Source: Eukaryota sp. GEM-RC1
Taxonomy: Eukaryota
NCBI GenBank assembly: GCA_040285855.1
Contig: JAUFOQ010000006.1
Location: 1,674,001 to 1,738,000, forward strand
Direction of reading: 5' to 3'
DNA: 64,000 bases
A model generated the notes under the pieces. That model was not told where the DNA came from. It saw only the letters and a program-made list of their open reading frames with translations, and made no database searches. Both the position numbers and the translations under genes were made by a program. Position 1 is the stretch's first letter. Every line of letters begins with the position of its first letter. This document shows positions 23,680 to 36,769 of this stretch, in pieces.

Positions 23680-24231
23680 ATGCCAAACTACAGCAGCTCC
23701 ACACAAGCGCTGGTGGATAAACTAATGACCAAGCACAACGTTCCAAAAGCTCTACAAAAACAAATGAAGGAGTCTCTTTCTTCCGGAACTTCTCTTCCTT
23801 ATGAGCAGGTTAAACCTCCTCCTGCAAACAATTCTAGTAACAATCCTTTTGGGACTAAGTCTTACCGTTATTTATCTAAACGTCCTTCGTACATGATTCA
23901 ACAACAATCTACAGAAGTCGTCAAGCCGGCTCCAGGAGTTGATCGTAGTAGACTGACGTTACATTTACAGGAGAAAATGTCAGGCGAACAGCATAAGTCA
24001 ACTTCAAAACCTATTCCTTCAATTACTTCTACTTCTGACTTAGATCTTTTCACTGAGCTTTACTCTGAAATTCAAGAAAGATTAGAGTTCTTTGATGCAT
24101 TGGATCCGGTCGGAAAGGGTCAGAATCGTCATCGTCTTATGGTTGAAATATCTGATAGACTTCGACAAATGAAGCGGGAAGATTCTGAGCGTTTTAAGAT
24201 TCTGCCCGCCAGGTTTTTATCGTTTAAATGA
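23680..24231 (+). CDS. UPF0193 (EVG1/C22orf23-like) protein
   Basis: 'DLFTELYSEIQERLEFFDAL...GKG...EISDRLRQMK' matches the family C-terminus. Confidence 0.7.
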   Translation: MPNYSSSTQALVDKLMTKHNVPKALQKQMKESLSSGTSLPYEQVKPPPANNSSNNPFGTKSYRYLSKRPSYMIQQQSTEVVKPAPGVDRSRLTLHLQEKMSGEQHKSTSKPIPSITSTSDLDLFTELYSEIQERLEFFDALDPVGKGQNRHRLMVEISDRLRQMKREDSERFKILPARFLSFK

Positions 24232-24592
24232 TTGCTTTCAATGATAGTTACTGAAATGATGAGTCATCTACTCTACAAATATTTCAAAATCAGCCAAATG
24301 GTGGGTGTTTTCAACGATCAATTTGTTGAAAATATTTAGTTTATGAACTCCTTTTTAAAAATTGCTGAAATTGCGGAGACCCGTACGTTTCTTGGACCCT
24401 TTCAGTAGTATCAAACGATCCATATCCTAAAAATTTTAATTTTTAAAAATTGTTGTATTGGTATCGGACGAACCCATTGCTTATTTTAAGAAGAAGATGA
24501 TTGAATTTGAACAAGAGTCTTAAAGATCATGTATTTTACAAATGTATATACTAATAAATTAAAAAAACCCAAATAATTTTGGTTTTCAGATG

Positions 24593-27291
24593 CTATTCCG
24601 TAGTGAAAAAGCTAACTTGATCGATATCCTCCAATTTAAATGCAAACTTAGTGTTTAAAACACTGTGCGTATGAGGGAACGATTCAATATCTTCAAAAAT
24701 TTCAAATATAGACAATTCCGTTGAAATCCACGGAACCTCCTCTCCCAGAAAATCAGAAACATTAATCATGACGCCATCATTAAAGAGATCAATATCAAAA
24801 GATTCCTGTTTTGAAAAATCAAGTAATGGAGATTCTCTATCGAAAAACTTGGAGAAACCTATACAAACTTTGCCAAATTCCACTTCATTAATTGAGAATG
24901 CTAACACTACTTCACAGTGTTGTAGTGACTCCAGAAACTCTGAAATATTGTCTGTTTCAAACATTACATTAATAGATTTGTTAACAATAACACTTAGGGA
25001 CGGCTTAATATCATTGACTTCAAAACTCTCCTGAATATTTTGAAAATACACAGATATTTTAATAGATTTCGGCAGGGAGTCGAACAATTTGAGTCCCAAT
25101 GCAACTGGCGTACTCAAAATACTGTAGATATTTTGAATATCTAGTCGTATGCAGACAGTCTTAGTGCCGGGAATATCATCAACGTCATCAAAATCATCAA
25201 AAACTGATGACGGTTCCATAGCTGAACAACAATCAGACTGATTGAGTGAGTGATTGTCAAATGACGGACTATCACTCGTCACCACTGATTTCTTCACAAT
25301 TGATTGATTCCTTTTGTTAAACTCCCGCTCCTTTTGAGACTTATAAGGTAGAATTCCAACGAATTCCTCTGTCAATGGATCAACACAATAAAACTGCTTA
25401 TCCGCCGGTAGAAACAACCCTTGATGCTCTGGTAATTGAACAAGGGCAATGTCATTAGAATTAAAAGAGAAAACCTCCTGCACTAGTAGTGTTAGTCGTA
25501 GTCTACAAGGCATTTGAGAGGCTGAGTTTAATACTGCTGAGAGTTCGTGTTTAAAGAAGAGGTTACGGGTGACTGGGAGAATATCAATCGAAAATGATCC
25601 GATTAGGGATTTTTGACCCCCGAATAAAAAGAAATTGAGTGATTCTTGACTTGAGAAGAAGTCAATCAAAGTCTGTTCTGTGCAAAAGACATAGGCAGAT
25701 ATCAAATCATTAATCTGACCTCTAATGATATCGTCATCTTTTGACCTTTTGATCTTGGAGTTGACAACAAAGTGACTTCAGAAGTTTCCTGGGTTATATA
25801 AACTGGCATAGACAACGTGTTGTTGAAGAAGGTGTGTTGTAAAAGAACAGTGTTTGAATCGATATTGTCGGACAGACTCAGTCCAATCAAATCCCGAACA
25901 AATATTAAAATTCTAAATCCTCGGAAGTTTGTTGACTTCTTGAGCTCTTTTCCAATAATGTAGGAGCCACGTGTTAAGTCTTCCAAAGTCAGTGAACTTC
26001 CACCAGGGTGATTGCTGTCGGTCAAAACAGTACCAGTCTGACGAGCAAACTTGCTTTCAATGTCCATCAATTTCTTTTCGATTAGATACATGGAATAACA
26101 TTTCTTACAAACTCTGAAATTCTGATACTGAGATGGATCGTCTTTTCGACTTAAATCCGATCTATTTGAAAAATTTAAAAAATTAACAGAAACTCCACGG
26201 TAATGTAGATGATAAGCCAGTTGTTTGATCATACTCATGGTTAACGATTGTTCAAGCTCTGATGCTGGAAAACCTTGCATGCAACACCGACATTTCGTAA
26301 ATTTTAAACATCTTTTGGGCATAACTGGTTTGGATTTTACTGGCGATTCTGTGAAATCCAAGGAAGTATTTAAATTATTTAAATTTGTGACAGTCATTGC
26401 CTTACACTGCACAAACCAAGGCTGATCCTGATCATCAATAACGAAATCACAGACAAAATCATCAATCCTGTAATCAGATGACAGTCGTTGCACAAAGACA
26501 TTGACATTTCTGGCAAACTCAACGATGTTATCCAAAGCAGTATGTGAAACATTAAACAATGTAACCGGGGCATCATGAACATTCACTAAATATTTTAAAT
26601 TAAAATCTCGAAAATTTGGAGTATTAAAAAGAACCTCATTTGACACTGCAATGATTTTAGGAGCGTTTGACTTATTTAAAAAGACTCTATAAACTGTAGC
26701 CTTAATGCCTCTTGGTTTAATATACCGTTGGATAACCACGTGTTCAGAGGTTTTGCTCAAAAGACTTGACAACTCTTTAGTATCAATAATTGAAGTTTCG
26801 GAAGAAAACGGTTTGTTAAAGCTTTTCTTCTTCTGTAAAACAAACCCTCCATTGTCAGCAACACCACGTAGGAGGTCTGATAGAGCCTCCGAAGCTTCAA
26901 AGTGGGTTTTCTTGACAACCACGTGGTTACCATCAGGAGTTGAGTGAGTGGCAAGCCAGAAGATGTGGTCAGGATCTCCAAGAACGATTGTGTCTGGGAC
27001 AAGGCAGTTGAGGGATTTACTGCCGAGTTGGAGTTCCATCCAGTTTTCAAACTCTCGGGGAGCACCGCTAGCAAGAAGATGCCAGAAGTTAACACCAGTG
27101 TTGATGAAGGGACATTCATCAGGATCAAGAAATTGCGATGGAAGATGTGTACAAAGGAAATCTTGGATGGAAGCACTCAGTTCTTTTTGAAGAGATGTAG
27201 ATTCACGGGTTAGAGGACGTTTGGATTTACGAGAAAAAGTAACGATATCAGAAGAGTTATCAGATATTCTACCTTCATTGAGTCTGGACAT
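24593..27291 (-). CDS. Large hypothetical protein with ATP-grasp-like N-terminal half and CxxC pairs; one apparent missing A near 25740
   Basis: ORFs 25702-27303 and 24593-25705 join with one added A; 'VIQRYIKPRG...YRV', 'DFVID....WFVQCK', 'CRCC', 'VCKKCY'. Confidence 0.7.
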
Positions 27292-27358
27292 AGATTGATC
27301 CAAGATGGTTTAAGTGTGTTTGTTGAGATGGAAATTCAACCAACCAGCAGAATGATGG

Positions 27359-28033
27359 TTGAGCAGATTTTCAGACTCGAAATTCCACAGACTTCATAGT
27401 ACATCCGATGTTGAACTCATGTACGACCTCTCATACGAAAAACTACAAGATCTTTGTTACAGTCTAGAGTCCTCAATAGTGGAGCTTAACGAAACCCTTC
27501 AGCATTCACTACAAATCAATCTTGAATTACATACTCGAATTCAGCAACTTGAAAACACAATAGAGGATAGAGATGTCGTGGTAGAAAATCTTTCTACCAG
27601 ATCTGAAAACGACATCGGATCGAACTCGCCTAGATTAGCACCAGATGTTAACAAACTCCGCATCCAGTACCATAAGGAGCTGTCCCGACTGAGTATCTTA
27701 GCCGATCACTACAAGAAGTTATATAAAGAAGCAGATCAATCGCGATCTCTTCTCTCCGTGAAGTACCAGCACATGAAGAGCTTGTGGCAACAGACTTCCT
27801 CCCAGGTCTCCAAACTCCAAATGAAGATCGATGCTATTGTCCCCCAGTCTCACCTCCAGTGCAATGACCAGATCAATGTCAGGTGTCCTGCGAATCCTGT
27901 TACCCCTAAAAGAAATCGTAGTCATTCCATAGCAACACCGGAAAGAAGTTTCTCCCCATCTATGTTTGCCAAGAGAGTTCGAGATGAGAATTCTAAAAGA
28001 GGGGACATGGAGTCGTCTCTGTTAATGATGTGA
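27359..28033 (+). CDS. Coiled-coil hypothetical protein (start uncertain)
   Basis: 224-codon ORF with heptad periodicity, head-to-head with the previous gene. Confidence 0.6.
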   Translation: MSRFSDSKFHRLHSTSDVELMYDLSYEKLQDLCYSLESSIVELNETLQHSLQINLELHTRIQQLENTIEDRDVVVENLSTRSENDIGSNSPRLAPDVNKLRIQYHKELSRLSILADHYKKLYKEADQSRSLLSVKYQHMKSLWQQTSSQVSKLQMKIDAIVPQSHLQCNDQINVRCPANPVTPKRNRSHSIATPERSFSPSMFAKRVRDENSKRGDMESSLLMM

Positions 28034-28570
28034 TTGACTCAATCAAGTGATTGTTCTTGAGATGTTCTGTTCTGTTATTCGCTCAAGGTGACCAACAGAT
28101 TTGAGCTTTGTTTTTGATGTAGTGGTTCATCACTTTTTATTGAACTTTAAGTGTTGTTACGATACCGTGGTCGATGTTCTATACCATCAGTTATATTTAT
28201 TGCTATGTGAAATGTAGTTTTTTTTGGATGTTTTAACTTCTTGTTTTTGGACCCTTGTCATTGAAAATTGAATTCTCTTCATTTATTTTGAAGAAATCTA
28301 TGAAAAGTTGTTAATTGAAGAAAGATGCGTTTGAAAATGGAATTCGAGTGTTATAAATTGTACATTGTAGTATAACTTATGAATATTTCAAATTGAATTA
28401 CATTATTGATTAAAATAACAGTGAGGGACTTAAGTCAATCATTTTTGATTGATTGAGTTAAAAAAGAAATAATCTCCCAGCACACACGTCCTTGAATCCA
28501 AAGGAAAACAGGCCCGAAAAGAAAGTGTAACAAGAATTAACCAGAATAAAACTAAAATTAAGAACAACCA

Positions 28571-29608
28571 TTAAACTGCTGACATGTTTACTTCCATACT
28601 AGAACTACGAACACAAGAACTACAAGGACCTTCATCACAGATGGAATCCCACCTCGTTAACCATTTGTTAACCCTACAAAGACATTTAGGATCAGTATCA
28701 GCCACATGAAAATGAAAATCAAAACTGGTAAAGTCAAAGCTGTTGCTAGAATCTGTTGTCATTGGATAATAAAAGCAGAAATACACTGACAAATCACGGA
28801 GAGTCATAGCCAAAGAGTACATCCTTGCAAGTTGACTAAACTCCGACTGTGATTCAGAATCAAGCCAATCATTAAGACCAATATCACCCATTAGATTGTG
28901 AAGATCTTCCAATGAGGGCTCTTGATTGGCAAAATAATCACGAAACGAGAGAATTCCTATTTGATCTAGTTTCGATTGCAACGAGGCCAGTCTTTGAAAG
29001 AACTCCTGGGATCTACTAAAGAGACTGTAGAGAAGAGAGTGTTGTTGTGGTCTAGTGAAAGAAAGGGAGTGTGAAGGGTTGCCGTTGATGAAGAACTTTA
29101 GGTTGTTTCTGGGATGGTTTAATAAGTCAGATATAGTGGAATCTAAATGGGATATATTGCAGAGTTTGAGAGGGCAAAAGTGGGTTTCAGAATTGTGGAG
29201 AAGACAGAAAAAGCACGATGAAGTGTCGTTTTCAGGAGATACAGAAAGCCATTTTGGTTTAACTTCGACACAATAGCGATGGTAGAGTGGATTCAGAGGT
29301 AAACTCAAGGTATTGTCAACGTGAAGAAGGACTTCAGATGACGTGATCATTGAAGATACAGTTGGAGGTATGTTTAAGCAACCCAAGATCTTCTTATCAA
29401 TGAGGGTTGGGATGATGACTTCAGGAAGCATCGGTTTGACAAATTTAGAGAGAAAGAACATCCTCTGATGAGAAGAAAAACAATCAGTTACGTGTCTAAT
29501 TCTGAGGGTTTTACATGAAAGAAGAGGACATTGGTCAAGATCATCTTCAGAGGGTCTTAAAAATAAGTTAGAACAACCTCTACCACACAGAAGCATCAAA
29601 TTGTTCAA
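28571..29608 (-). CDS. IPK1: Inositol-pentakisphosphate 2-kinase (start uncertain)
   Basis: 'GRGCSN', 'CVEVKPKW', 'CFFCL', 'FCPLKL', 'NNLKFFING', 'MTLRDLS', 'DTDPK'. Confidence 0.85.
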   Translation of the reverse strand: MNNLMLLCGRGCSNLFLRPSEDDLDQCPLLSCKTLRIRHVTDCFSSHQRMFFLSKFVKPMLPEVIIPTLIDKKILGCLNIPPTVSSMITSSEVLLHVDNTLSLPLNPLYHRYCVEVKPKWLSVSPENDTSSCFFCLLHNSETHFCPLKLCNISHLDSTISDLLNHPRNNLKFFINGNPSHSLSFTRPQQHSLLYSLFSRSQEFFQRLASLQSKLDQIGILSFRDYFANQEPSLEDLHNLMGDIGLNDWLDSESQSEFSQLARMYSLAMTLRDLSVYFCFYYPMTTDSSNSFDFTSFDFHFHVADTDPKCLCRVNKWLTRWDSICDEGPCSSCVRSSSMEVNMSAV

Positions 29609-29734
29609 AGCTAGTTAATGAAAGGATGAGAGAATAGCAACATGATATTAAGAGAATGTGCAAACTACTGTAGGTGTAATCGAAGTCAAGAAGTCAGAAC
29701 TTTTGCTTTTGAATATAATCTGAGTCGTCTAAAA

Positions 29735-29806
29735 GGCCTCGGCCGGGATTTGAACCCGGGACCTCTCGCACCCTAAGCGAGAATCATACCCCTAGACTAC
29801 CGAGGC
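29735..29806 (-). tRNA. tRNA-Pro(AGG)
   Basis: Reverse complement GCCTCGG-TAGTCTAGGGGTATGAT-TCTCGC-TTAGGGT-GCGAGA-GGTC-CCGGGTTCAAATCCCGG-CCGAGGC-C, followed by a TTTT Pol III terminator. Confidence 0.96.
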
Positions 29807-29889
29807 AATATTTATGCAGTATCGACATGTGCTTCCCGATTTCCAGAGACACATTTTTGTGGGGGAAATTCCAATTTTTCAAAAGAGGC

Positions 29890-30260
29890 GTAATGTATAA
29901 ATGTAACAGACTGTAAAGCCTGAAATTTGATATCTTAAGAACAACACCCGTCACAATCAAATCTGACAATTCAGGAGTGAAAAAGGAACTCACAGTCAGT
30001 AAAGCTGTGGAGATGATTAGGGGAATTGTTCTAAAACAGTAAAAAAAATGCGAATCCACCACTTGCAAAATTTGTTTTAATTATAAAATTCACAAATTTA
30101 TGTGTATGACCATAGAGCGAAATTGTAAATATTGAACTCCGATTGGACTCTCACAATTAAACTTTAACTTTTTAACATGATGAATTTCTCTTTTGTTCAT
30201 ATTGCAGGAAAAATGGCTCTATTTGCAACAATAGATTAATACATACTAATTCAGATACTG
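29890..30260 (-). mobile_element. 3'-end remnants of the CRE-like non-LTR element
   Basis: Homologous to about 120-300 and about 32240-32400 (AAAGCT.TGGAGATGATTA.GG.AA); includes the 3'-tail motif at 30222-30256. Confidence 0.55.
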
Positions 30261-30497
30261 TAAGATGGTATTGACGGTATTCCTTATTTGTAACTGTAAA
30301 TACAAGAAAGATGAAAACATCATAGATTTAGAAGTAATTGGTGTATTTTAAATTAGAATAAATGTGAAGAACTTCAAAATCTAAACACCTCAAAACGCAC
30401 GTATTATTTGTCAAAACTGAAGAGCAGTGTCATACCTATTCTTGCTAACAACAGCTCTAACTAACAATCTGTGAGATTCACTTGGGTGGATCATAAT

Positions 30498-31240
30498 CAG
30501 GGGTACTCAAAATTGAATTGCCAATTCAATTGTTGCCAATCAATTAATTGCAATATAAATTGGACGAGTGCCAGACCCCACCAATTAACTGGCAATTAAT
30601 TGACCAATTAACCAGTTACTGGTCTAATCAGTTGGTTATGAATATGGTGCAGGTCATTTACAGTTACGCTATAGACAGGGTTGACTGTATTGAAATCGGA
30701 AAATTATCTTTAAAAAAAATTGGTGAACAAATACTAATTTATCGAAATGTCATACAGTGTGTCTACAATAGCTGATTTTTTATTGAAATTTTTTTTAGAC
30801 TGATGTCACAATTTTATTTTTATTTTATTTTATTTTCGGTGGTTAAAGTACCGCACAATTGGTGCGCAACAATGCTATCAATGTTGCTAATGATGAAACA
30901 GGCGCCATGAGTTTGATGAGTACAACCAGTTTGGTGGTGGAACGACTATTCTCCATAACTATATGTACTTTAGGGTTGCACAGATACTCTTTGACTGACG
31001 GAACTCTCAATTTGGAACTGTCTTTGAAGCGTATCGTGGGATGAAAAGTCTTAACGAAGATTTGCAGAGCAAATTGGTCTGCGGAATACGATTGTATTGA
31101 GAATTTAGTATTATAATTTACGATTATTTTTTCATGATCAATAACTGATTAATTGGTGAATTAATTGCACTAGTTGCAATATCAATTGTTTGCATAATTT
31201 GAGAACCAATTAATTGCCAATTCAATTTTGAGTACCCCTG
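30498..31240. mobile_element. Non-autonomous hAT element
   Basis: 23-bp perfect TIR CAGGGGTACTCAAAATTGAATTG; perfect TSD ATCATAAT; CAATT repeats. Confidence 0.92.
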
Positions 31241-31670
31241 ATCATAATTATCTACACCAATTCTAATATCTGCAGGCTAAAAACAGTTCTGAAGGGTGGT
31301 GTGTTCCACATTAATGAAACAAATTGTTGTATAATTATAGGATTTGAACCATACTTGCAAAATACTCGAGTTTTCATTTGAAATATACTACAATATATAA
31401 ACATAAAGTTTGGCTTCGTCGGATAGAAATGTCTTACATTTATGTAGCAGTATCGACAGAATTTTAATGAAAGTAATTGGAGAGGCAGGTTGTCATTTTC
31501 CTTCTCTAAAGCATCGTTTAGGTCGTTTGACTCAATTTTAAAATGATGCCTTTGAATTGAGACATGACTGTGTGATGATGTGGAGGTAATAGTATATCCT
31601 GCGTTAATATTGAAGTTATTCTTTTCATTAATTATAAATATAAGGCGGTTTTTCATTTATTATACATGTA

Positions 31671-32218
31671 CACCGATTGTTTCAATTAGTCTCACTAACA
31701 AATTAGTCTCACTAGAAAATAGTCTCAGCGAGGCTAATTCCGATATGAGAGTTTTAATTTTGGCCTCCTAAATACAACTTTTGTTGTTGTTAACGAGAAA
31801 GATGCAACAAAAATACAAATGATTGAATGAGCTTTTACTATTAGAAGAACTTTTATACTGATAAGATCAACTTAAAACTGAACTTAACCATGTGATTCCC
31901 CACTCACCAATCGAAATCATTTTTTATGGGATAAAATTCATTTATACTCATTTCACAAATCAATATTTTACACCTAATCAAATTGAAATCACTCCGTTGA
32001 AAGTTTATTTGTTAAAGAGACTTTTAACTTGAATTAGGGGAAGTGTTTCAATGAAAAATGATGTCATGTTTATAAATATTTAGTGACACTAATACAATTG
32101 TGAAATAATTAGTCTCAGTGAGACTATTTGCAATTACTCTCACTAGAAATTCCGATTTGTGACAAATGAAAATGACGTACGGTATTAGTCTCAGTGAGAC
32201 TAATTGAAACAATCGGTG
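31671..32218. mobile_element. TA-flanked MITE related to 11670-12266
   Basis: TA|CACCGATTGTTTCAATTAGTCTCACT ... AGTGAGACTAATTGAAACAATCGGTG|TA. Confidence 0.88.
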
Positions 32219-32229
32219 TAATAGATCAA

Positions 32230-32710
32230 ACAACTAAAACTTGATATCACTAAAACAACACCCGTCGCTATCAAACCTTACAACAGCTTTGTCCTCATAA
32301 AAGGAACCCACTGCTAATAAAGCTTTGGAGATGATTAAGGGAATTGTTGTATAAACAGTAAAAAAACAATCCGATTCAACCATAACATATTATCAAAACG
32401 TTTGTTTATCCTATTTTTTACGATTTTCCGAAATCGTTTAAAAATCGGATGCACTTTTTCCCTCAACGTTCGTAAATTCAAACAACAAAAGGCCATAATT
32501 CGTATTCAACATGTTTTACATGTTTTTAAGCCATCAATGGTTTCTTGTACTTATCCTGTTTGGCTTGTTCAGAAATGTCCAAAGGGGAAGTTTCAGAGTA
32601 ATCATTCTTTAAAGATGTCTTTTTACACACATCTACTGACACCACTTCACACCGTACAATTTGTTTGAAGAAGAGACAACAACATATGCTCTTTTACTGA
32701 ACAATTGATT
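32230..32710 (-). mobile_element. RLE/3' fragment of the non-LTR element, paralogous to 100-580
   Basis: Long colinear nucleotide match (e.g. AAGCCATCAATGGTTTCTTGTA.TTATCCTGTTTGGCTT). Confidence 0.7.
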
Positions 32711-33691
32711 CTGTCTGTCGTTAATAAAACAATGTACATGTAGTTCTAAAGATTTTAGAAGTGATTAAACAGAAGACTCAATTTTGCAGGACTTACACAT
32801 ATCGTATATTTGGTCACTAGCTGCATTATATATGCAAGTTCGGTAAGTAATGGTGGTCATTTGACAAACTATATGACCATAACTAACACGAAGTCTCATC
32901 GACTGATGACCATCATCGACGGTATACATGTGCGAGTTGGTTAATTAAAGCTACACCATCACTCTCTTTAATTCAAAAATTAGCAAAAACCGGAACTTTT
33001 TACTCTGTCCCTCGTTCTATATCTATGGTTGATGGAGTTCCAAAATGCCACAAGCACCATATCTAGTACATCATCGGCATTAGATTTGTTTATGTTTGGT
33101 TGTTTTTAATAAAGATCAGTTTTATCTCTTTTTGGGTGACAATAAGTATGCAAAGATATAATTAAACTTAATGTTGGATTCTTCACCAAAATACTAATAC
33201 ACAAACTAAAAATCTGACACAAAACATAATTAATTAGATGACGAGTCGAAACTCTGAAATTTGTTTGACAATGGCAAAAATTACTTTAAATCATGGAAAT
33301 ACAATTTTTATGTGAATACAATTATTGATGTAATGTATTCTTTCGAAGCATCAAAAAAAGCTATCACACCTGAAGCTCCAGTTGAAATGACACAGTACTC
33401 AGTTCATTTCAACAATTGTGCAATTAACCTTCAAAGCTTCAATAATGGCCCCATGGTCATGGTGTTGTCATCTCCATAGTAGATCCATAGTGGATCATTT
33501 TTATAAAATTCGTAATGACCTTTTTGACGTAAAGAAAGAAATCTGTTGAGAATATGATCATGAACAAAAACACGAACAGACTGTTGGACTGGCATCTATA
33601 AAGACTACTATGCGAATGTCTAGTGTAAGTGATCAGAATCAAATGCATTGATGACCAATCAATTTAAAGTATGTATACATATTTATTTACC

Positions 33692-34279
33692 TTACTTCAA
33701 GGTTGCTAGATTTTTTGCAATGGCAGAAATCTGTCTAAATGAGGGATGTTTGGCATCCCCAATTAATCTAAATAACAAGGATTGAGCAGAACACACACAA
33801 ACATTGGAAAGAGTTCCAAATTCTGTCAATGCCACTTCTCGGTCAATATTACGTTGAGAATCTACCCCATCAGAAACAACAAAGACAGTAGCAGATGGAA
33901 ATAAGAGACGGAGATGATACACTGTTTGTAAGACACATACATGGGTCTCTTGTCCAGTGATGATGAAGTAAGAAGGATTTTTACTGTGGAGGTGTTGAAT
34001 GACGTCATCACAGAGCATGGAAAAACAAGTTTTTTCTGCGATGAATGCGTCTTTCATTAAGGGAGAGAGTTCTTCCACAGTGTGACCAAGTTTTGATGGG
34101 GATTGTTCAGTGGCAACAATGGGTAAGTGTAACACTTGAGCAGTCTCAAGTAAACATTTAGCGGTCAGACTAATTTGGTCAAATTGTGGTAAAAGAGTTC
34201 TGAACCGTTCTTGAATATCACATATAAGTAAGCAGCACTGTTGAGGATCGAAGTCTGAATGCAATGCAGGTACAGTCAT
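33692..34279 (-). CDS. Isochorismatase domain-containing protein (ISOC-like)
   Basis: 'LLICDIQERF', 'TEQSP.KLGHTV', 'KTCFSM', 'GQETHVCVLQT', 'HPSFRQIS'. Confidence 0.9.
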   Translation of the reverse strand: MTVPALHSDFDPQQCCLLICDIQERFRTLLPQFDQISLTAKCLLETAQVLHLPIVATEQSPSKLGHTVEELSPLMKDAFIAEKTCFSMLCDDVIQHLHSKNPSYFIITGQETHVCVLQTVYHLRLLFPSATVFVVSDGVDSQRNIDREVALTEFGTLSNVCVCSAQSLLFRLIGDAKHPSFRQISAIAKNLATLK

Positions 34280-34358
34280 AAGAAGAAGACGAGAAGCAAT
34301 TGAAGGAGGGAGAAGAAACTCTTCACAAAGAAAATTATGTATTCTCCGGCATTGGGCA

Positions 34359-36148
34359 TTGATGGATGATTATCTTCAGACGTATACTGAGCCAGTGGTT
34401 CAAGCATTGAAAGACCTCATTGATCTTAATTCTTCCTATGGTCCGGACTTGAAAAATACCAAAGTCAATGCCAAAGCTGACCTTGACAATTTTGTAAAAG
34501 ACTATGATGCTTCCCAGTCTCAACTGGCACAACTAGCCGTCATTCAACAGAGCAGGTTCCTTCCATCTTCACTAATTCGGGTATTACTCATTGATTATCT
34601 CAACTTACTGCTCAAAAAAACTGTGGCTCGTCATTTCACATGTGTTGTCCATGATAAAATCTTCAACTTCCTACTCAAAATCACTCTAGTCTCAGAAAGA
34701 TTCCGTTCAGAAGCTTTTACTGTCATTCAATCCCTCAAGCATCCTCTAGCTTTTGAACTTCAATTTCTATCTTCTCGCCGTGGAAAAGTAAGATCAATCT
34801 CAACAAAGATGAAAAACTTCTCCAATATATGCTACCCTACTTCACTTCTGCTACTCGAATTGCCATGAACATTGAATCTCTCTCCAACCGTGGTTCCAAG
34901 TGGTCTGACCTAACTAAACTGACTTCAATCTTGTTTCTTAAAGATTTCAGATTCAAGGAGTTGTCCACATCTTATCTTTCAACAAATGGTTTCACTAATC
35001 TGTTGGAGCTGAGGATCGCTTCTGATTCTTCTACAGGTAAACCTATGCAGATTCATTCACTTCCGTTGACTATTAGGAAGCTGACATTGGATTCGGGATC
35101 TTATAACTTTGTAAATACTGGAGATTTTTCAAATATTTCGTATTTGGATTCCAGATACTCATATCAAACTCAAGGCATCTCAAACTTGAAAAATTTAAGA
35201 TATTTATCATCACAATGTCACTCTAACGCTATCTGGGTTAAAGACCTTCCCAAACTACACACTCTCAAGCTCTACTCTTGCTCAGAGTCTACAGTAGATC
35301 TTAAGAGAAATCCTGATCTAGAGTACCTTGTGTTAAATGCTTCAGTTGAAAAAGTAGATCTGACAAATTGTTTAAAATTAAGATCTCTATTATTCGTTAA
35401 TAAGATGCATTCCTATTATAATACTAATAATTTCCGTTTAACTACAGTTACTGGTTTAGAATGTTGTCAACTACTAGAGGTTCTATCATGCCGAGCTCCC
35501 TGCAAGTGGCTGTCTGGTCTCCTTGAAAACGGTTTCCCCTCTTTACCACGATTGACTTCTCTAGAAGTCGTGTCTAGCCACTTCAAGACATTATCATTTG
35601 CAGATCGTCTTAAGTCTCTGTCAAGTTTGGGGTTGTTTATTACTCATCAGAATCCTCATTTTGGTATTGATAGAACAGCTGCTAGCTTTGACCAAGAGTT
35701 TTGTAGGGAATTAGCAGCTAAATCTGGTATTAAAGAGTTGACTATAGGTCATACGGAAAGTTTCCCGCCAAAATTTTTCAAATATTTCAGTGGGCACAAG
35801 TTTTCAAATGTTGTCCAATTGAATTTTAGATCACATAAGACTGTGTTTTTTCCAGTTCTTGAGGAATATCCCTTACTTGAAATCTTTCCTAATTTAGTGT
35901 CACTTAATTGCAATTATGATGCTTTTAAACACTTATATCCATCACTGATTCATATCAAATCTGAAGAGAATTCTATTAAAATTAATGTTGATCTAGATGT
36001 CTTAGATTTTCACGCTGAATCAAGGAAACATTTTATTCAAAAAGGAGTTTCAGAAATTTTAAATGGAGAAACAATTGGATTTCTTCGATTGGCAGTTGCT
36101 GACAGCCAAACGCCTCTCTGGAATTTTGCATCATTTTTGAAATTCTAA
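34359..36148 (+). CDS. Leucine-rich-repeat protein with one apparent missing A near 34805 (start uncertain)
   Basis: Repeated LxxLxxLxL motifs ('LKNLRYL', 'LPKLHTLKL', 'LPRLTSLEV', 'FPNLVSL'). Confidence 0.7.
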
Positions 36149-36249
36149 CGGAATTCTTCTACCCACCAGCTCTTCTACCAGTACTTACAGATCAAATAGA
36201 CCATTACCTAAGGGATTGCGAGTCTAAGTTTACAAAGGTTAACTATGGA

Positions 36250-36492
36250 ATGCTGTTGTTTAAATCTAAAACTCAACGGGATAAGAATAAGGGATCAAAA
36301 CTTCTCCAGTCCTGTTTAAGGCAATATGATGACGTGGACGAGTTTCTTGGACAACACAAAATATTTCGAGATGTTTTAAAAACTGAGAGTCAGTCCAGGA
36401 GTTCGACAGGGGTACCCAGGAGATGCGGGGGATGTAGGAGAACAGGGCATGATCGCCGAAGTTGTCCTTTGAAGAAAGCACGAACTGAATAG
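36250..36492 (+). pseudogene. Zinc-knuckle remnant, probably a transposase C-terminus
   Basis: 'RRCGGCRRTGHDRRSCP' CCHC motif in a short isolated ORF. Confidence 0.5.
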
Positions 36493-36769
36493 CGATTTTT
36501 AGTAATAGTATTGTTTAATATAGTTTTTCATCTACTAGTAGGATGAATTCTAGTATTTATGCTTTACTAGTATTTATTTTGCCATATCACTTGGTATAGA
36601 AAAAGAAAATCCAATTGGACCTAGAACCATTTATAAAGATTTCTTTAGAATTCTTTTTATAAAAGAAAAAAGAAGAACAAACCTGAATCACCTTTTCACA
36701 CGTGTAATGGTATGAATTAGAAACTTTCAAGAAACCTTTCAAACATATACAATATCCGTATTCTACCAT

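Noticed and set aside
29735..29806. tRNA-Pro as part of the proline racemase module
   Set aside because: It is more than 18 kb away, beyond many unrelated genes; coincidence is likely.
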